From contig CBDBBI010000010.1 of NCBI GenBank assembly GCA_965202625.1, forward strand, positions 224,001 to 288,000: a DNA stretch of 64,000 nucleotides, written 5' to 3'. The position numbers and the translations under genes were made by a program. The stretch comes from a bacterium. Its GTDB lineage: Bacteria; UBA8248. This document shows positions 1 to 9,399 of the stretch, piece by piece; position 1 is the stretch's first letter; each line of letters starts with the position of its first letter. The notes below the pieces were generated by a model. It searched no databases and was not told the DNA's origin. It saw only the letters and a program-made list of their open reading frames with translations.

Positions 1-5
1 ACCAG

Positions 6-1088
6 ATGTTGCCCAAAGTCTGGCGCGAGTCCGCCGAGACGCATGAGAAGCTCGCCAAGAAGGCGCAAAGGGAGGGTTTTCATCCCACGGCCACGGAGCA
101 CTACGACCACGCCATCGAAGCGTATCGAATGGCCCAGCATCCGATTTTTTACGACGACAATCCGGTGAAGATCTACCTCACCAACAAGCTCAAGGAGATG
201 GTGGACAGGCGATCCGAGACCGCCTCCTATCCCATCGAGCGCGTCGAAGTCCCCTTCGATGACGGCAAGACCATATCGTGCCTTCTGCATTTGCTGCCGG
301 ATCGCAGAAAGGCGCCTTGCGTGATCTACGTGCCGGGAATGGACCAGACCAAGGAGGTGTTTCCCCACGCGAGGCACAACGTCGCGGCCGAGCGGGGCTT
401 TCACGTCCTGGCGATGGACGGGCCCGGACAGGGGAACTCCAACATGCAGAAGATACGCGCCGTCGGGGACAATTATGAGCGCGCAGGCGCCGCGGTGATG
501 GACTACCTTCTGGGTCGCGAGGAAATCGAGCCGACCAAAATCGGCGTATACGGCATCAGCATGGGCAGCTTCTGGTCGCTTCGCCTGGCGAGTTACGACC
601 GCCGCGCGGCCGCCGTGGCGAGTGCGGTGGCCTGCTTCAACCCGAACAACACGATCTTCACGCAGTCCTCGCCCCGCTTCAAGCAGGTGTTCATGTATAT
701 GGCGGGCATGGAGGATGAGGATGCGTTTGACGAGATGGCGCGGAATATGACCGTGAAGGGGTATATGGGCGAGATACAATGTCCCACCCTTCTGGTGACG
801 GGCGAGTTCGACCCGCTCTGCCCCCTTGAGGATGCGATTGAGGTGTATGAGGACCTCACGTGCAAAAAGGAGATGTGGGTGTTCGAGAATCAGTTCCACC
901 CCCTGGTCAGCCTGAAGAATCTCGGGGGCATGGACAACCATCAATACATTCTGGACTGGCTGCGTCGCACCCTCGTGGATGGGCGGGTGAGCGACGACCG
1001 CATCGCCTACGTGAAGGAGGACGGGGATGGTCCATTCGGGCAGTGCGAATGGACGCCGCCCGTGCGTTCCGGCCAGGTCTATTTTTAG
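6..1088 (+). CDS. Alpha/beta hydrolase (FrsA/DUF1100, 2,6-dihydroxypseudooxynicotine hydrolase-like); probably 5'-truncated by the window edge
   Basis: Nucleophile elbow GISMG, oxyanion motif VPGMD, DGPGQG, GEFDPLCP and a C-terminal His (QFHP). The frame is open to the window start. Confidence 0.8.
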   Translation: MLPKVWRESAETHEKLAKKAQREGFHPTATEHYDHAIEAYRMAQHPIFYDDNPVKIYLTNKLKEMVDRRSETASYPIERVEVPFDDGKTISCLLHLLPDRRKAPCVIYVPGMDQTKEVFPHARHNVAAERGFHVLAMDGPGQGNSNMQKIRAVGDNYERAGAAVMDYLLGREEIEPTKIGVYGISMGSFWSLRLASYDRRAAAVASAVACFNPNNTIFTQSSPRFKQVFMYMAGMEDEDAFDEMARNMTVKGYMGEIQCPTLLVTGEFDPLCPLEDAIEVYEDLTCKKEMWVFENQFHPLVSLKNLGGMDNHQYILDWLRRTLVDGRVSDDRIAYVKEDGDGPFGQCEWTPPVRSGQVYF

Positions 1089-1207
1089 CGGATGAGAGAA
1101 TGCGAGAAGCGGTGAGTTGAACGCAACCTGAATAAGGGGCGCGCCGGGGCGGAAGCGTGGGTCTTCCGCCCCGGCTTTTTGATGCCTGCACTTTGCGGGG
1201 AGGCTTC

Positions 1208-2083
1208 TTGGAGCATTATCTCGCCATCGTTTTAAGTCTGGCGTCGGCGGTTCTGTTCGCCGTATTCAGCGTTATCGCGCGCAAGGGGCTGGGAGAGACG
1301 ACCGCCTACGTCGGCGCGGTCGTCGGTCTGGCCATCGGAATTCCGATTCTGGGGGGGCTATCCCTCGCTTTCTCCAGCTGGGGGCAGCTCTCCTATCGGG
1401 CGGGGCTTTGGTTTCTCGCAGGCGGCGTCCTGGCTCCAGGGTTCAGCCGCTTCCTCCTTTTTCTGGGTTTCAGGACGATAGGCGTCGGCCGCACCATGCC
1501 CCTGGTGACGATCACCCCCTTCCTCTCGACCCTGGTGGCGATCGCCTGGCTTGGAGAGAGGCCGGGGCCTGCGGTTTGGATCGCCATCGTTTTCGTAATG
1601 GCGGGATGTTTGTTCTTGACCGTCAAGCCGGAGGGCGACTCCGACTGGAGGCGCGTCCACATGATCTACCCTTTCCTTCACGCCGTCGTGATGGCGGTCG
1701 CATCCACCCTGCGGCGCTACGGGCTGCTCGTTTACGGCGATCCCTTGATCGGCGCGACGATCGCGAACCTCGTTTCGCTGCCCGCGCTCCTGTTGTTCGC
1801 TCCCGCCCTGCCGGAAGCCGAGCGTTTCCGCATGGACTGGGTGGGCCTCAAGTGGTTCAGCCTGGCGGGCGTGGTCAACGCCGCGGCCTATCTGGCGTTT
1901 TTCTCCGCGTTTCAGTATGGCGAGGTGTTCGTCGTCATGCCCCTCAGCTATACCGCGCCCTTGTTCTCCCTGGCGCTCGCGCGCGTTTGGCTCAAAGAAG
2001 AAGAGAAACTCACGTGGCGGAAATGGGCGGGAGGCGTCTTGTTGTTTTTCGCCACGATGATGATCGCCTGGGCGAGCGTGTAG
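1208..2083 (+). CDS. DMT/EamA family transporter
   Basis: About 10 hydrophobic helices in two repeats, with AWLGERP and VWLKEEEKLTWRKWAG motifs. Likely start is TTG 1208 after GGAGG. Confidence 0.85.
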   Translation: MEHYLAIVLSLASAVLFAVFSVIARKGLGETTAYVGAVVGLAIGIPILGGLSLAFSSWGQLSYRAGLWFLAGGVLAPGFSRFLLFLGFRTIGVGRTMPLVTITPFLSTLVAIAWLGERPGPAVWIAIVFVMAGCLFLTVKPEGDSDWRRVHMIYPFLHAVVMAVASTLRRYGLLVYGDPLIGATIANLVSLPALLLFAPALPEAERFRMDWVGLKWFSLAGVVNAAAYLAFFSAFQYGEVFVVMPLSYTAPLFSLALARVWLKEEEKLTWRKWAGGVLLFFATMMIAWASV

Positions 2084-2110
2084 ACGGAACGAGACGTTTC
2101 ATGTTGAAAA

Positions 2111-2130
2111 TCCCCCCTTTTGGGGGGGGC
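2111..2130. terminator. Possible hairpin terminator between the converging DMT and pyrR genes
   Basis: C6-TTTT-G8 hairpin preceded by AAAA, lying between two convergent stop codons. Confidence 0.35.
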
Positions 2131-2221
2131 GGGCGTCTCCCGCAAGCGTCGGTCGAAAGTGCGCCCCCGCGCGCTGCGCATCGGGGAGGAGGAGCGACCG
2201 GCCAGTCTCCCCCCTTGCGGG

Positions 2222-2755
2222 TCATTTTTTGAGGAGCCACACGCCGTCCTCGCCATCCACTTCCCGCATTCGAACCTGGATGTGCTCCTGGGGGGAGGTG
2301 GGCACGTTCTTGCCGACGAAATCGGGACGAAACGGCAGCTCTCGGTGCCCTCGGTCTATCAGGGTGGCGAGCCATATTCTCTTTGGTCGTCCCATTTCCA
2401 TGATGGCGTCCAGTGCCGCGCGCGTGGTTCTGCCCGTGAAGAACACGTCGTCCACCAGAAAAATCTGGCGATTCGTCATGTCAAAATCAACGAGCGTCGG
2501 CTCGAAATGACGCCCCTCCGCGGGGTGCCCCGCGTCGTCTCGATGGATGCCGATGTCGAGCACGCCAAGAGGGGGGGTGACGTTTTCGAGTTCCTGAATG
2601 TGTTCCTTGAGCCGCCTGGCCAACGGTTCTCCTCGCGTGAGCACTCCGAGGAGGGCGACGCTTTCATCTCCGGCGCACGCCTCCATCATCTCAGAGGCGA
2701 TCCGCTTGAGGGACAATTCGAGCTCTTTCGCCGTCATGATGGAAACCGCAGCCAT
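2222..2755 (-). CDS. pyrR: PyrR-family uracil phosphoribosyltransferase / attenuation protein, orphan paralogue
   Basis: GVLTRG, LDIGIHRDD, PRPP loop LVDDVFFTGRTTRAALDA and DRGHRELPFRPDFVGKNVPT. Likely ATG at 2755. Confidence 0.9.
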   Translation of the reverse strand: MAAVSIMTAKELELSLKRIASEMMEACAGDESVALLGVLTRGEPLARRLKEHIQELENVTPPLGVLDIGIHRDDAGHPAEGRHFEPTLVDFDMTNRQIFLVDDVFFTGRTTRAALDAIMEMGRPKRIWLATLIDRGHRELPFRPDFVGKNVPTSPQEHIQVRMREVDGEDGVWLLKK

Positions 2756-2817
2756 GCAGGATACCCGGAGTGGGGGAGAAGTGCACCGCTTCATCCTAGC
2801 GGTTGTCGTTTCGCGAA

Positions 2818-4143
2818 TCAACGACTTTGCGGAATGGCGAAATTTCGCCTTACGAAATCCCTGGCCTGCTCGGCGTTGGACACGCACCCCTCGAGCTGCG
2901 CATCTTCAAGCGCGAAGAGAATCTCTCCCAGCCTCGGCCCTTGCGGGTAGCCCATGTCCATGAGCGCGCGCCCATCCAGCAGACGCGGCGGACGGAGGGA
3001 TTCCTCCTGGAGTGCGCGCAGTTTTTCGGTGCAGAACTCATGGGTTCCCAAATCGCCGTGGCTGGCGAGGCAATCGATGCGATGCAGCTCCAGCAACTCC
3101 TCGAAGTAGGGCTCCCGCAGAAATCGCTTCAGGCGGCTGTCCCGCATCTTCTCCACGTGCATGAAGCGCATGTGGTTGGCGACCAGCGCCTGAATGCGCA
3201 GCGCGCGCGACCGCGCCATGCGAAGCCTCTCGCAAATGGCCAGACCCATTTCCGCGCCTGCCTTGTCGTGTCCGTTGAAGCGGATTCTGTCGGTTTTCGC
3301 GTATGTGGAGGGTTTGCCGACGTCGTGGAGCAATACGCTCCAGGAGAGGGTGGGCGAGGAGGAGCGCTTGATGTGCAGCATGATGAGGGTGTGCGTCCAG
3401 ACGTCGCCTTCGGGGTGAAATTCCGGAGGTTGCGCAACGCCCTTCAGGGCGACGACCTCGGGCAGTGCGTAAGGGAGAAGCCCCAGCGAATCGAGCATGG
3501 GGAAAGCGCGGTCGGGATTCTCCTGGGTGAGCATCGTCGTCAGTTCGTCTCGAATCCGCTCGGCGCTTATTTTCTCGATGCGCCTCGCGTTCGCCTGGAT
3601 GGCCGAGGCGGTCGCCGGCTCGATGGCGAAACCGAATTTCGCCGAGAAGCGGACCGCTCTCATCATCCGCAGGTGGTCCTCCTGGAATCGAAGCCCCGGC
3701 TCTCCGATGGCGCGAATGGTTTTCTCCGCAAGGTCGCGCATACCGCCGACGTAGTCGAGAACCCGACTCTCGAGTATGTCGTAAAACATTCCGTTGACCG
3801 TGAAATCCCGCCTTCTCGCATCTTCGACCTCGTTGGAAGGGCGTACCGCATTCGGGCGTCTTCCGTCGCCATACACGTCGTCTTCGCGAAATTGCGCCAC
3901 TTCAAACTCTCGCCCCTCCATGCGCACGCGCACCACGCCAAACTGCGCTCCCGTCATCGCGGTTTTCTCGAAGCGGCTCCGCACGGTTTCCGGCCTCGCG
4001 TCCGTGGCGATGTCCCAGTCCTTTGGTTTCCGGCCGAGCAGGGCGTCTCTCACGCACCCTCCTGCAAGAAGGGCGCGATGGCCCAGTGCCCGCAGCGCTT
4101 GAATGATGCGAACCGCAGCGTCCGGCGGCTTGATGTCCAGCAT
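2818..4143 (-). CDS. cca: Class II tRNA nucleotidyltransferase (CCA-adding) with HD domain
   Basis: GGCVRDALL, DWDIAT, EDARRRDFTVN, RFQEDHLRMMRAVRF, and HD segment HPEGDVWTHT...LLHDVGK. Lacks the poly(A) polymerase GRRF signature. Confidence 0.85.
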   Translation of the reverse strand: MLDIKPPDAAVRIIQALRALGHRALLAGGCVRDALLGRKPKDWDIATDARPETVRSRFEKTAMTGAQFGVVRVRMEGREFEVAQFREDDVYGDGRRPNAVRPSNEVEDARRRDFTVNGMFYDILESRVLDYVGGMRDLAEKTIRAIGEPGLRFQEDHLRMMRAVRFSAKFGFAIEPATASAIQANARRIEKISAERIRDELTTMLTQENPDRAFPMLDSLGLLPYALPEVVALKGVAQPPEFHPEGDVWTHTLIMLHIKRSSSPTLSWSVLLHDVGKPSTYAKTDRIRFNGHDKAGAEMGLAICERLRMARSRALRIQALVANHMRFMHVEKMRDSRLKRFLREPYFEELLELHRIDCLASHGDLGTHEFCTEKLRALQEESLRPPRLLDGRALMDMGYPQGPRLGEILFALEDAQLEGCVSNAEQARDFVRRNFAIPQSR

Positions 4144-4407
4144 GAACTACCCTCCATGGTGAAGGCGTCTGCGCTCTCGGTGCAGGATAGCCCAGCCCTG
4201 AGCGCCGGCAAAACCTGGGTTTCATGGAGGGGTTTGCCTCGATTCGCGTCTGGCTGATAACTTGCCGCGCGACGGAGGATGCGATGGTTCCCCAAAGCGC
4301 GCGCGTTTGTCGCTTGCCGCATCATTTTCCGGCCTCGGCGAGCGCGGCGTTCGGGGCGTCCCTTCTGCGATGATGCAGAAAAGCCCCCACCCGAAGCGCG
4401 GGGAGAG

Positions 4408-5259
4408 ATGGTGATGTGCTCAGCCATACGGGCAGGTTTGGCGATTATCGCGCTGATGCTCGCCTCTTTTTCTCTTCCGGGTTTCGCATGGTCCGCTCCA
4501 GTCGAGGTGGACCTGGAGCTCGTCCTGGCCGTGGACGTTTCCGGAAGCGTGGATGCGGAGGAGGGGAGGCTCCAGCGCATGGGCTACGTGAACGCCTTTC
4601 GCTCCGCATCCGTTTTGCGCGCCATTCGCTCGGGCAGGCGCAAACGCGTCGCGGTGGCTTACGTGGAATGGGCCGGCCATGATTTTCAGCACACTGTGGC
4701 GGGCTGGACGCAGATTCACGACGCGGCGAGCGCGGGGGCGTTCGCCGCGCTCCTCGCCCGGAAACCTGTGGGTGCGGGCCCCTACACCTCCATCAGCGGC
4801 GCGATAGAGTTCGCCTTGCCCATGTTCGATGACAACGGATTCACGGGCACGCGCCGCGTCATTGATATTTCCGGAGATGGGCCGAACAACAGCGGAGATG
4901 ACGTGACGACGGCGCGGGCGAAGGCCATACGGGCGGGGGTGACGATAAATGGACTCCCCATCGTGAACGACCGGCCCAGTCCCTGGGGGAGAGTGCCGAT
5001 GGCGAACCTGGATTTGTATTACAGAAACTGCGTCATCGGGGGCAGGCGCTCCTTCATGGTGGTTGCGAGTGATTTTGCGTCTTTTGGACGCGCCATTCGC
5101 AGAAAACTGGTTCTGGAGATCGTGGGCGCGCCGGCGGAAAGGCCGCGCCAGGCCCATCGCGTGCGAGAAGCAGGGCGAATTCCTGTTCTCATATCCAGGA
5201 CGTCCCCGCCGTGCGATGCGGGCGAGCGACGCCGCAGCAGCTGGCCGGAGGATTTTTAG
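4408..5259 (+). CDS. DUF1194 family exported vWA-like protein
   Basis: Signal peptide followed by VDLELVLAVDVSGSVD, RRVIDISGDGPNN and YYRNCVIGG. Confidence 0.85.
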   Translation: MVMCSAIRAGLAIIALMLASFSLPGFAWSAPVEVDLELVLAVDVSGSVDAEEGRLQRMGYVNAFRSASVLRAIRSGRRKRVAVAYVEWAGHDFQHTVAGWTQIHDAASAGAFAALLARKPVGAGPYTSISGAIEFALPMFDDNGFTGTRRVIDISGDGPNNSGDDVTTARAKAIRAGVTINGLPIVNDRPSPWGRVPMANLDLYYRNCVIGGRRSFMVVASDFASFGRAIRRKLVLEIVGAPAERPRQAHRVREAGRIPVLISRTSPPCDAGERRRSSWPEDF

Positions 5260-5367
5260 GATTTATCAGGCGTTTGTATTTTCTTTTCGTGTTCAGGCGC
5301 GGGCGGAACCTCTGTGCCGTCCGGTGGCGTTTGAACTGGTTTTCAAAACTGAAGGAGTGAAACTTCG

Positions 5368-6342
5368 ATGAAAGCGGTGCGCGTACATGAATTCAACATG
5401 GATGTCCCCATGCGGGTGGATGAGGTGGAAGACCCGAAGCCAGCCCCTGGCGAGGTGTTGATAAAAACCGGCGCGGCCAGCGTCAATCCGGTGGACTTGG
5501 CCATTCGCGCCGCCAAACACCCCTACGCCAGGCTGGTTGTGCCGCCCTACGTTCCGGGCGCCGAGGCGGCGGGGGAAATCATCGCCTTGGGAGAGGGGGT
5601 GGAGGGCTGGCGTATCGGGCAGCGCGCGTATGGCCGCGCGGTGGGCGGCGGCTACGCCGAGAACGTGCGCCTCTCGGCGGACGCGGCGGCGGAGTTGCCC
5701 GACGCCTGCTCCTACGAGGAGGGAGCGTGCATCACCGTGGCGTTCTATACCGCCTGGAACGCGCTCGTCATCAAGGCCCAGGCGGGTCCCGGCGAGACGG
5801 TGCTGATTCAGGGCGGAGCGGGAGGCGTCGGCATGGCGGCGATTCAACTCGCCCGGCGCCTGGGGTGTCGCGTCTTCGCCACGGTGAGCTCTGATGAAAA
5901 GGCGAAATTTTGCAGGGATTTGGGCGCGGACGAGACGATCAACTACCGAGAGGAGGATTTCGCGGAACGCTGCATGGAGCTCACCGACGGGCGCGGCGTC
6001 GACGTCGTCGTCGAGCTTTGCGCGTGCGATAATTTTGACAAGGATCTGGACGCCATCCGCGTGGACGGAAGAATTATCGTCATAGGTACGGGAACGGGGA
6101 AGGGGCCGGGCGCGGAGTTTCGCGTTCCGGCCGTGATGACGAAAGACACCGTCGTTCTCGGTTTGGCCGTGGTGAACCTGTTTCCGAAGATGCCGGAGTT
6201 GGTGCGCCGCTTCACGCCTTTGCTGCGCGAGGGCGCGTTTCGCGTCCACGTCGATAGGACATGGGGGTTTGCGGAGGCGAACCAGGCACACGATCACGTT
6301 TTGGAGGGGCGGTTTCTGGGCAAGGTTGTCCTGACCCCATAA
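5368..6342 (+). CDS. NADPH:quinone oxidoreductase (zeta-crystallin/MDR family), copy 1
   Basis: SVNPVD, YVPGAEAAG, GGYAE, Rossmann motif QGGAGGVG, GRGVDVV and GKVVL. Confidence 0.9.
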   Translation: MKAVRVHEFNMDVPMRVDEVEDPKPAPGEVLIKTGAASVNPVDLAIRAAKHPYARLVVPPYVPGAEAAGEIIALGEGVEGWRIGQRAYGRAVGGGYAENVRLSADAAAELPDACSYEEGACITVAFYTAWNALVIKAQAGPGETVLIQGGAGGVGMAAIQLARRLGCRVFATVSSDEKAKFCRDLGADETINYREEDFAERCMELTDGRGVDVVVELCACDNFDKDLDAIRVDGRIIVIGTGTGKGPGAEFRVPAVMTKDTVVLGLAVVNLFPKMPELVRRFTPLLREGAFRVHVDRTWGFAEANQAHDHVLEGRFLGKVVLTP

Positions 6343-6382
6343 GCGCCCACGGGCGAGGGTTGCGGGGCGAGAGGAGAAGGAA

Positions 6383-7357
6383 ATGAAAGCGATAAGGGTG
6401 ACCCGGTTCGGGCTCGAGCATCCGATGGTTCTGGAAGACGTGGAGGAGCCGAAGCCGGGGCGCGGCGAGATTTTGGTGCGCGTAGCGGCCGCCGGAGTGA
6501 ATCCTCTGGAAGTCGCCATACGCTCGGGAAAGCATCCGCGCTCCAGGGCGATGCGCCTCCCCTATACGTGCGGCACGGACGTGGCGGGCGAGGTGGAGGC
6601 GGTGGGCGAGGGCGTCGATGCGTTCTCTCCGGGAGATCGGGTATGGGGGCGCGCCCCGGCCGGCGCGTACGCCGAGAGAGGGCTGGTGCCCGCAGACGCG
6701 GCGGGAAGGCTGCCGGATTCCATGTCCCTCGCGCAGGGTGCCGCGCTGCCCATCCCCCTCCTCACGGCCTGGAACGCCTTGATTCTGAAGGGAGAGGCGA
6801 CTCCGGGCGATTGCGTGCTCGTGCAGGGGGGAGCGGGCGGCGTGGGCTATTTGTCCATTCAGCTCGCCCGCGAGGTGGGTTGTCGGGTGTTCGCCACCGT
6901 GAGCTCGAAGGAGAAGGCGGATTTTTGTCTCGCCGCCGGTGCCGAGGCGGCCATCAACTACAGGGAGGAGAACGTGCCCGAGCGCGTGATGGCACTCACT
7001 GCCGGACGGGGCGTCGATGTCGTCGTGGAGACTGCGGGCTGCGAGAATTTGCCCGCCGACCTCACGCTCAACGCCGTCAACGGCCGAATCGTCATCGTGG
7101 GAACGGGGACGGGCAAGGGGCCGGAAGCGACGATTCCGCTGCCGGCGGCCATGGGACGAGACGCCAGAATTCTGGCGCTCTCATCGGGGAATCTGGGCCC
7201 GCTCGTTCCGGGCATCATCCGGCGTCTGTCCCCTTTGCTGGACAGAGGCGCCATCAACCCCCACGTCGGACGGGAGTTTCCGCTTGCGGAGGCGAACGAC
7301 GCCCACGCGCTTTTGTTGAGCGGAAAGTTTCTGGGCAAACTGAACCTCGCACCCTAG
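6383..7357 (+). CDS. NADPH:quinone oxidoreductase (MDR family), copy 2
   Basis: Same motifs and same length (324 aa) as the upstream paralogue. Confidence 0.9.
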   Translation: MKAIRVTRFGLEHPMVLEDVEEPKPGRGEILVRVAAAGVNPLEVAIRSGKHPRSRAMRLPYTCGTDVAGEVEAVGEGVDAFSPGDRVWGRAPAGAYAERGLVPADAAGRLPDSMSLAQGAALPIPLLTAWNALILKGEATPGDCVLVQGGAGGVGYLSIQLAREVGCRVFATVSSKEKADFCLAAGAEAAINYREENVPERVMALTAGRGVDVVVETAGCENLPADLTLNAVNGRIVIVGTGTGKGPEATIPLPAAMGRDARILALSSGNLGPLVPGIIRRLSPLLDRGAINPHVGREFPLAEANDAHALLLSGKFLGKLNLAP

Positions 7358-7378
7358 CGCAAAACGAACCGCGCTTTG

Positions 7379-8083
7379 ATGAGGGGAGAGAACGTGCGCT
7401 TGCTGAACGGCCATGAAATCGACGTCTGTTTGTTCGACGCCTACGGCACCTTGTTTGACGTGTCCGCCGCCGCCGAGGAGAAGGAATCCGCTCTGGGCGA
7501 TCGGTGGCGGGTGCTCTCCTCGCTTTGGCGGACGAAGCAGATCGAATACACGTGGCTGAGGAGCCTGATGGGGTGTCACGCGGATTTCTGGCGGGTGACG
7601 GGCGACGCGCTGGATTTCGCCCTTGATACTCTGGGAATGGAGGAGCCGGAGCTTCGAGACGAACTCATGGCGCTTTACAAGCGATTGCGCGCGTATCCCG
7701 AGGTGAGAGGCGCACTCGGGAAGCTCCGGAGGAGCCGGATGCGGGCGGCGATTCTCTCCAACGGCTCTCCCGAAATGCTCGACAGCGCGGTGAGAAGCGC
7801 CGATATCGGGGAGTATCTGGAAGCGGTCCTCTCCGCCGAGGAGGTGGGGGTGTTCAAGACGCACCCCTCCGTCTATCAACTGGCGGTGGACAGGCTCGGC
7901 GTTCCCGCCGGCAGAATCTGCTTTTTCTCCTCCAACGCCTGGGACGTGGCGGGCGCGTCGCATTTCGGGTATCGCGTGGTCTGGGTCAATCGATTCGCAC
8001 AGAAAAAAGAGCGCGTCCCGCACGAGATCGACGCGGAAATCGGCTCGCTTGAGGAGCTGGAAGGCGTGCTGGCGTATGCGTGA
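7379..8083 (+). CDS. Haloacid dehalogenase type II (L-2-haloacid dehalogenase-like)
   Basis: FDAYGTLFDV, WRTKQIEYTW, ILSNG, FKTHPSVY and SSNAWDVAGA. Confidence 0.9.
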   Translation: MRGENVRLLNGHEIDVCLFDAYGTLFDVSAAAEEKESALGDRWRVLSSLWRTKQIEYTWLRSLMGCHADFWRVTGDALDFALDTLGMEEPELRDELMALYKRLRAYPEVRGALGKLRRSRMRAAILSNGSPEMLDSAVRSADIGEYLEAVLSAEEVGVFKTHPSVYQLAVDRLGVPAGRICFFSSNAWDVAGASHFGYRVVWVNRFAQKKERVPHEIDAEIGSLEELEGVLAYA

Positions 8084-8104
8084 AGCCCCCGCATCTCTCG
8101 CGGC

Positions 8105-8689
8105 TTACGAGACGTTCAGCGCACCTCTGAGGGTTTGAATTCTCCCCGCGTGATCGGAATGGCTGACGGGCGGAAGTTTTTCCCTGTTCGTGACGGGAAG
8201 CGCGATGAAGTGCGGTCCCGCCTCGGCGAGGAGCCGGGGGAGGGTTTTGCGAAACGCCCCGAGAGAATCCACCCGCTCCACCTTGCCCTTTCCCGTCGCG
8301 CCGCCGCCCTCAAACCCCGAGGCGCGCGCCAGCGCGACGAAATCTGCCCGGGGGGGGAGCCTTTGCCCGCCCACCATTTCGTAGCTCCTGTTCTCCAGCA
8401 GAAAGACGAGCAGGTTTTCGGGTCCATAGCGCGCCAGCGTCACGAGCGAGCCGAGACTCATCAGCATCCCCCCGTCCCCTTTCCAGACGATGACCTTTCT
8501 CTCGGGTCGCGCGAGGGCGAGGCCCAGGCCGAAGTCGGCGGCGTGCCCCATGCCGAACGCCAGAAAGTCGAAATCGAGGTCGCTTTGCGAGACCAGGGGC
8601 CACTGCAGGGTGGCGGTCATGGTCATCACCACGATCTCTGTCGTTCTGTGCTCCGCCACGGCCTGAAACAGCCCCATCCGCTCTATCAA
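8105..8689 (-). CDS. ThDP-binding decarboxylase beta subunit (ComE / sulfopyruvate or phosphonopyruvate decarboxylase-like)
   Basis: GMGH...GLGLALARPERKVIV and ThDP motif GDG...LEN.SYE. Confidence 0.8.
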   Translation of the reverse strand: MIERMGLFQAVAEHRTTEIVVMTMTATLQWPLVSQSDLDFDFLAFGMGHAADFGLGLALARPERKVIVWKGDGGMLMSLGSLVTLARYGPENLLVFLLENRSYEMVGGQRLPPRADFVALARASGFEGGGATGKGKVERVDSLGAFRKTLPRLLAEAGPHFIALPVTNREKLPPVSHSDHAGRIQTLRGALNVS

Positions 8690-8707
8690 GACGCTCCGCC
8701 TCTGTGG

Positions 8708-9217
8708 TCAGGGTTGGAATGCGTAGCCGGTGAGGACGGCCGCCGGATAGGAGGAGGCCGCCGCCGCTTCGTCCATCAGGTCGAGCGTGCCCAGGTCTTC
8801 GTCCGACATGAGGTGCCAGGTCGGTATCCCCCACGCCTTGAGAAGCGGCTCTGTGAAGGGGTAGGCCGAATCTATCGGCAGCTTGCCCGCCATCGCCCCG
8901 CCGTATCCCCGCCAGCCGACCACCATGCGCAAGGGTACCCTGGGCCCTGCACCGCAGCCTCTCAAGGCGTCTCCCGCCTCCATCAGCCCCGTGTTCTGAA
9001 TCACGAGCAGCGGTTTTTGCCCCCCCGTCCACAGCCCGGCGGCGATGGCGATCGACTCCCCCTCCCGGCAGGGGGTGATGAGGTCGATTTCCGGGGCACT
9101 CTCCAGACGTTCGTAGAGGAGCCTGCTCTCGCTGTCCGGAATCATGAGGACGTGCGTGAATCCGAGTTCGTGAAATTTCCGCACCGTGTGGGTCGCACTC
9201 GCACCTTTTGCGTCCAA
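8708..9217 (-). CDS. ThDP-dependent decarboxylase alpha subunit (ComD-like)
   Basis: IPDS, catalytic Glu in CREGESIAIAAGL, IQNTGL and VGWRG. Confidence 0.8.
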   Translation of the reverse strand: MDAKGASATHTVRKFHELGFTHVLMIPDSESRLLYERLESAPEIDLITPCREGESIAIAAGLWTGGQKPLLVIQNTGLMEAGDALRGCGAGPRVPLRMVVGWRGYGGAMAGKLPIDSAYPFTEPLLKAWGIPTWHLMSDEDLGTLDLMDEAAAASSYPAAVLTGYAFQP

Positions 9218-9399
9218 AGGGTTTTCCTCTCCGCCCCTTGATGAGAGTTCCAGGTTCTTTCATATTCAGGCAGCCATCTTCGGCCGCGCGCGTCGCCAAA
9301 GTCAAGGGTTTCCGGCGAGACGATGCGCGAAGCGAGAATGATAGGCGCGCGCGGCTGCGTTTTGGTTTTTCCCGTGCGGTGTGCGGAGAAGGAGCCACC

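Noticed and set aside
2818-4143. Poly(A) polymerase (pcnB) assignment
   Set aside because: It lacks the G(R/K)(R/K)F upstream signature and has the HD-type architecture of tRNA nucleotidyltransferases.
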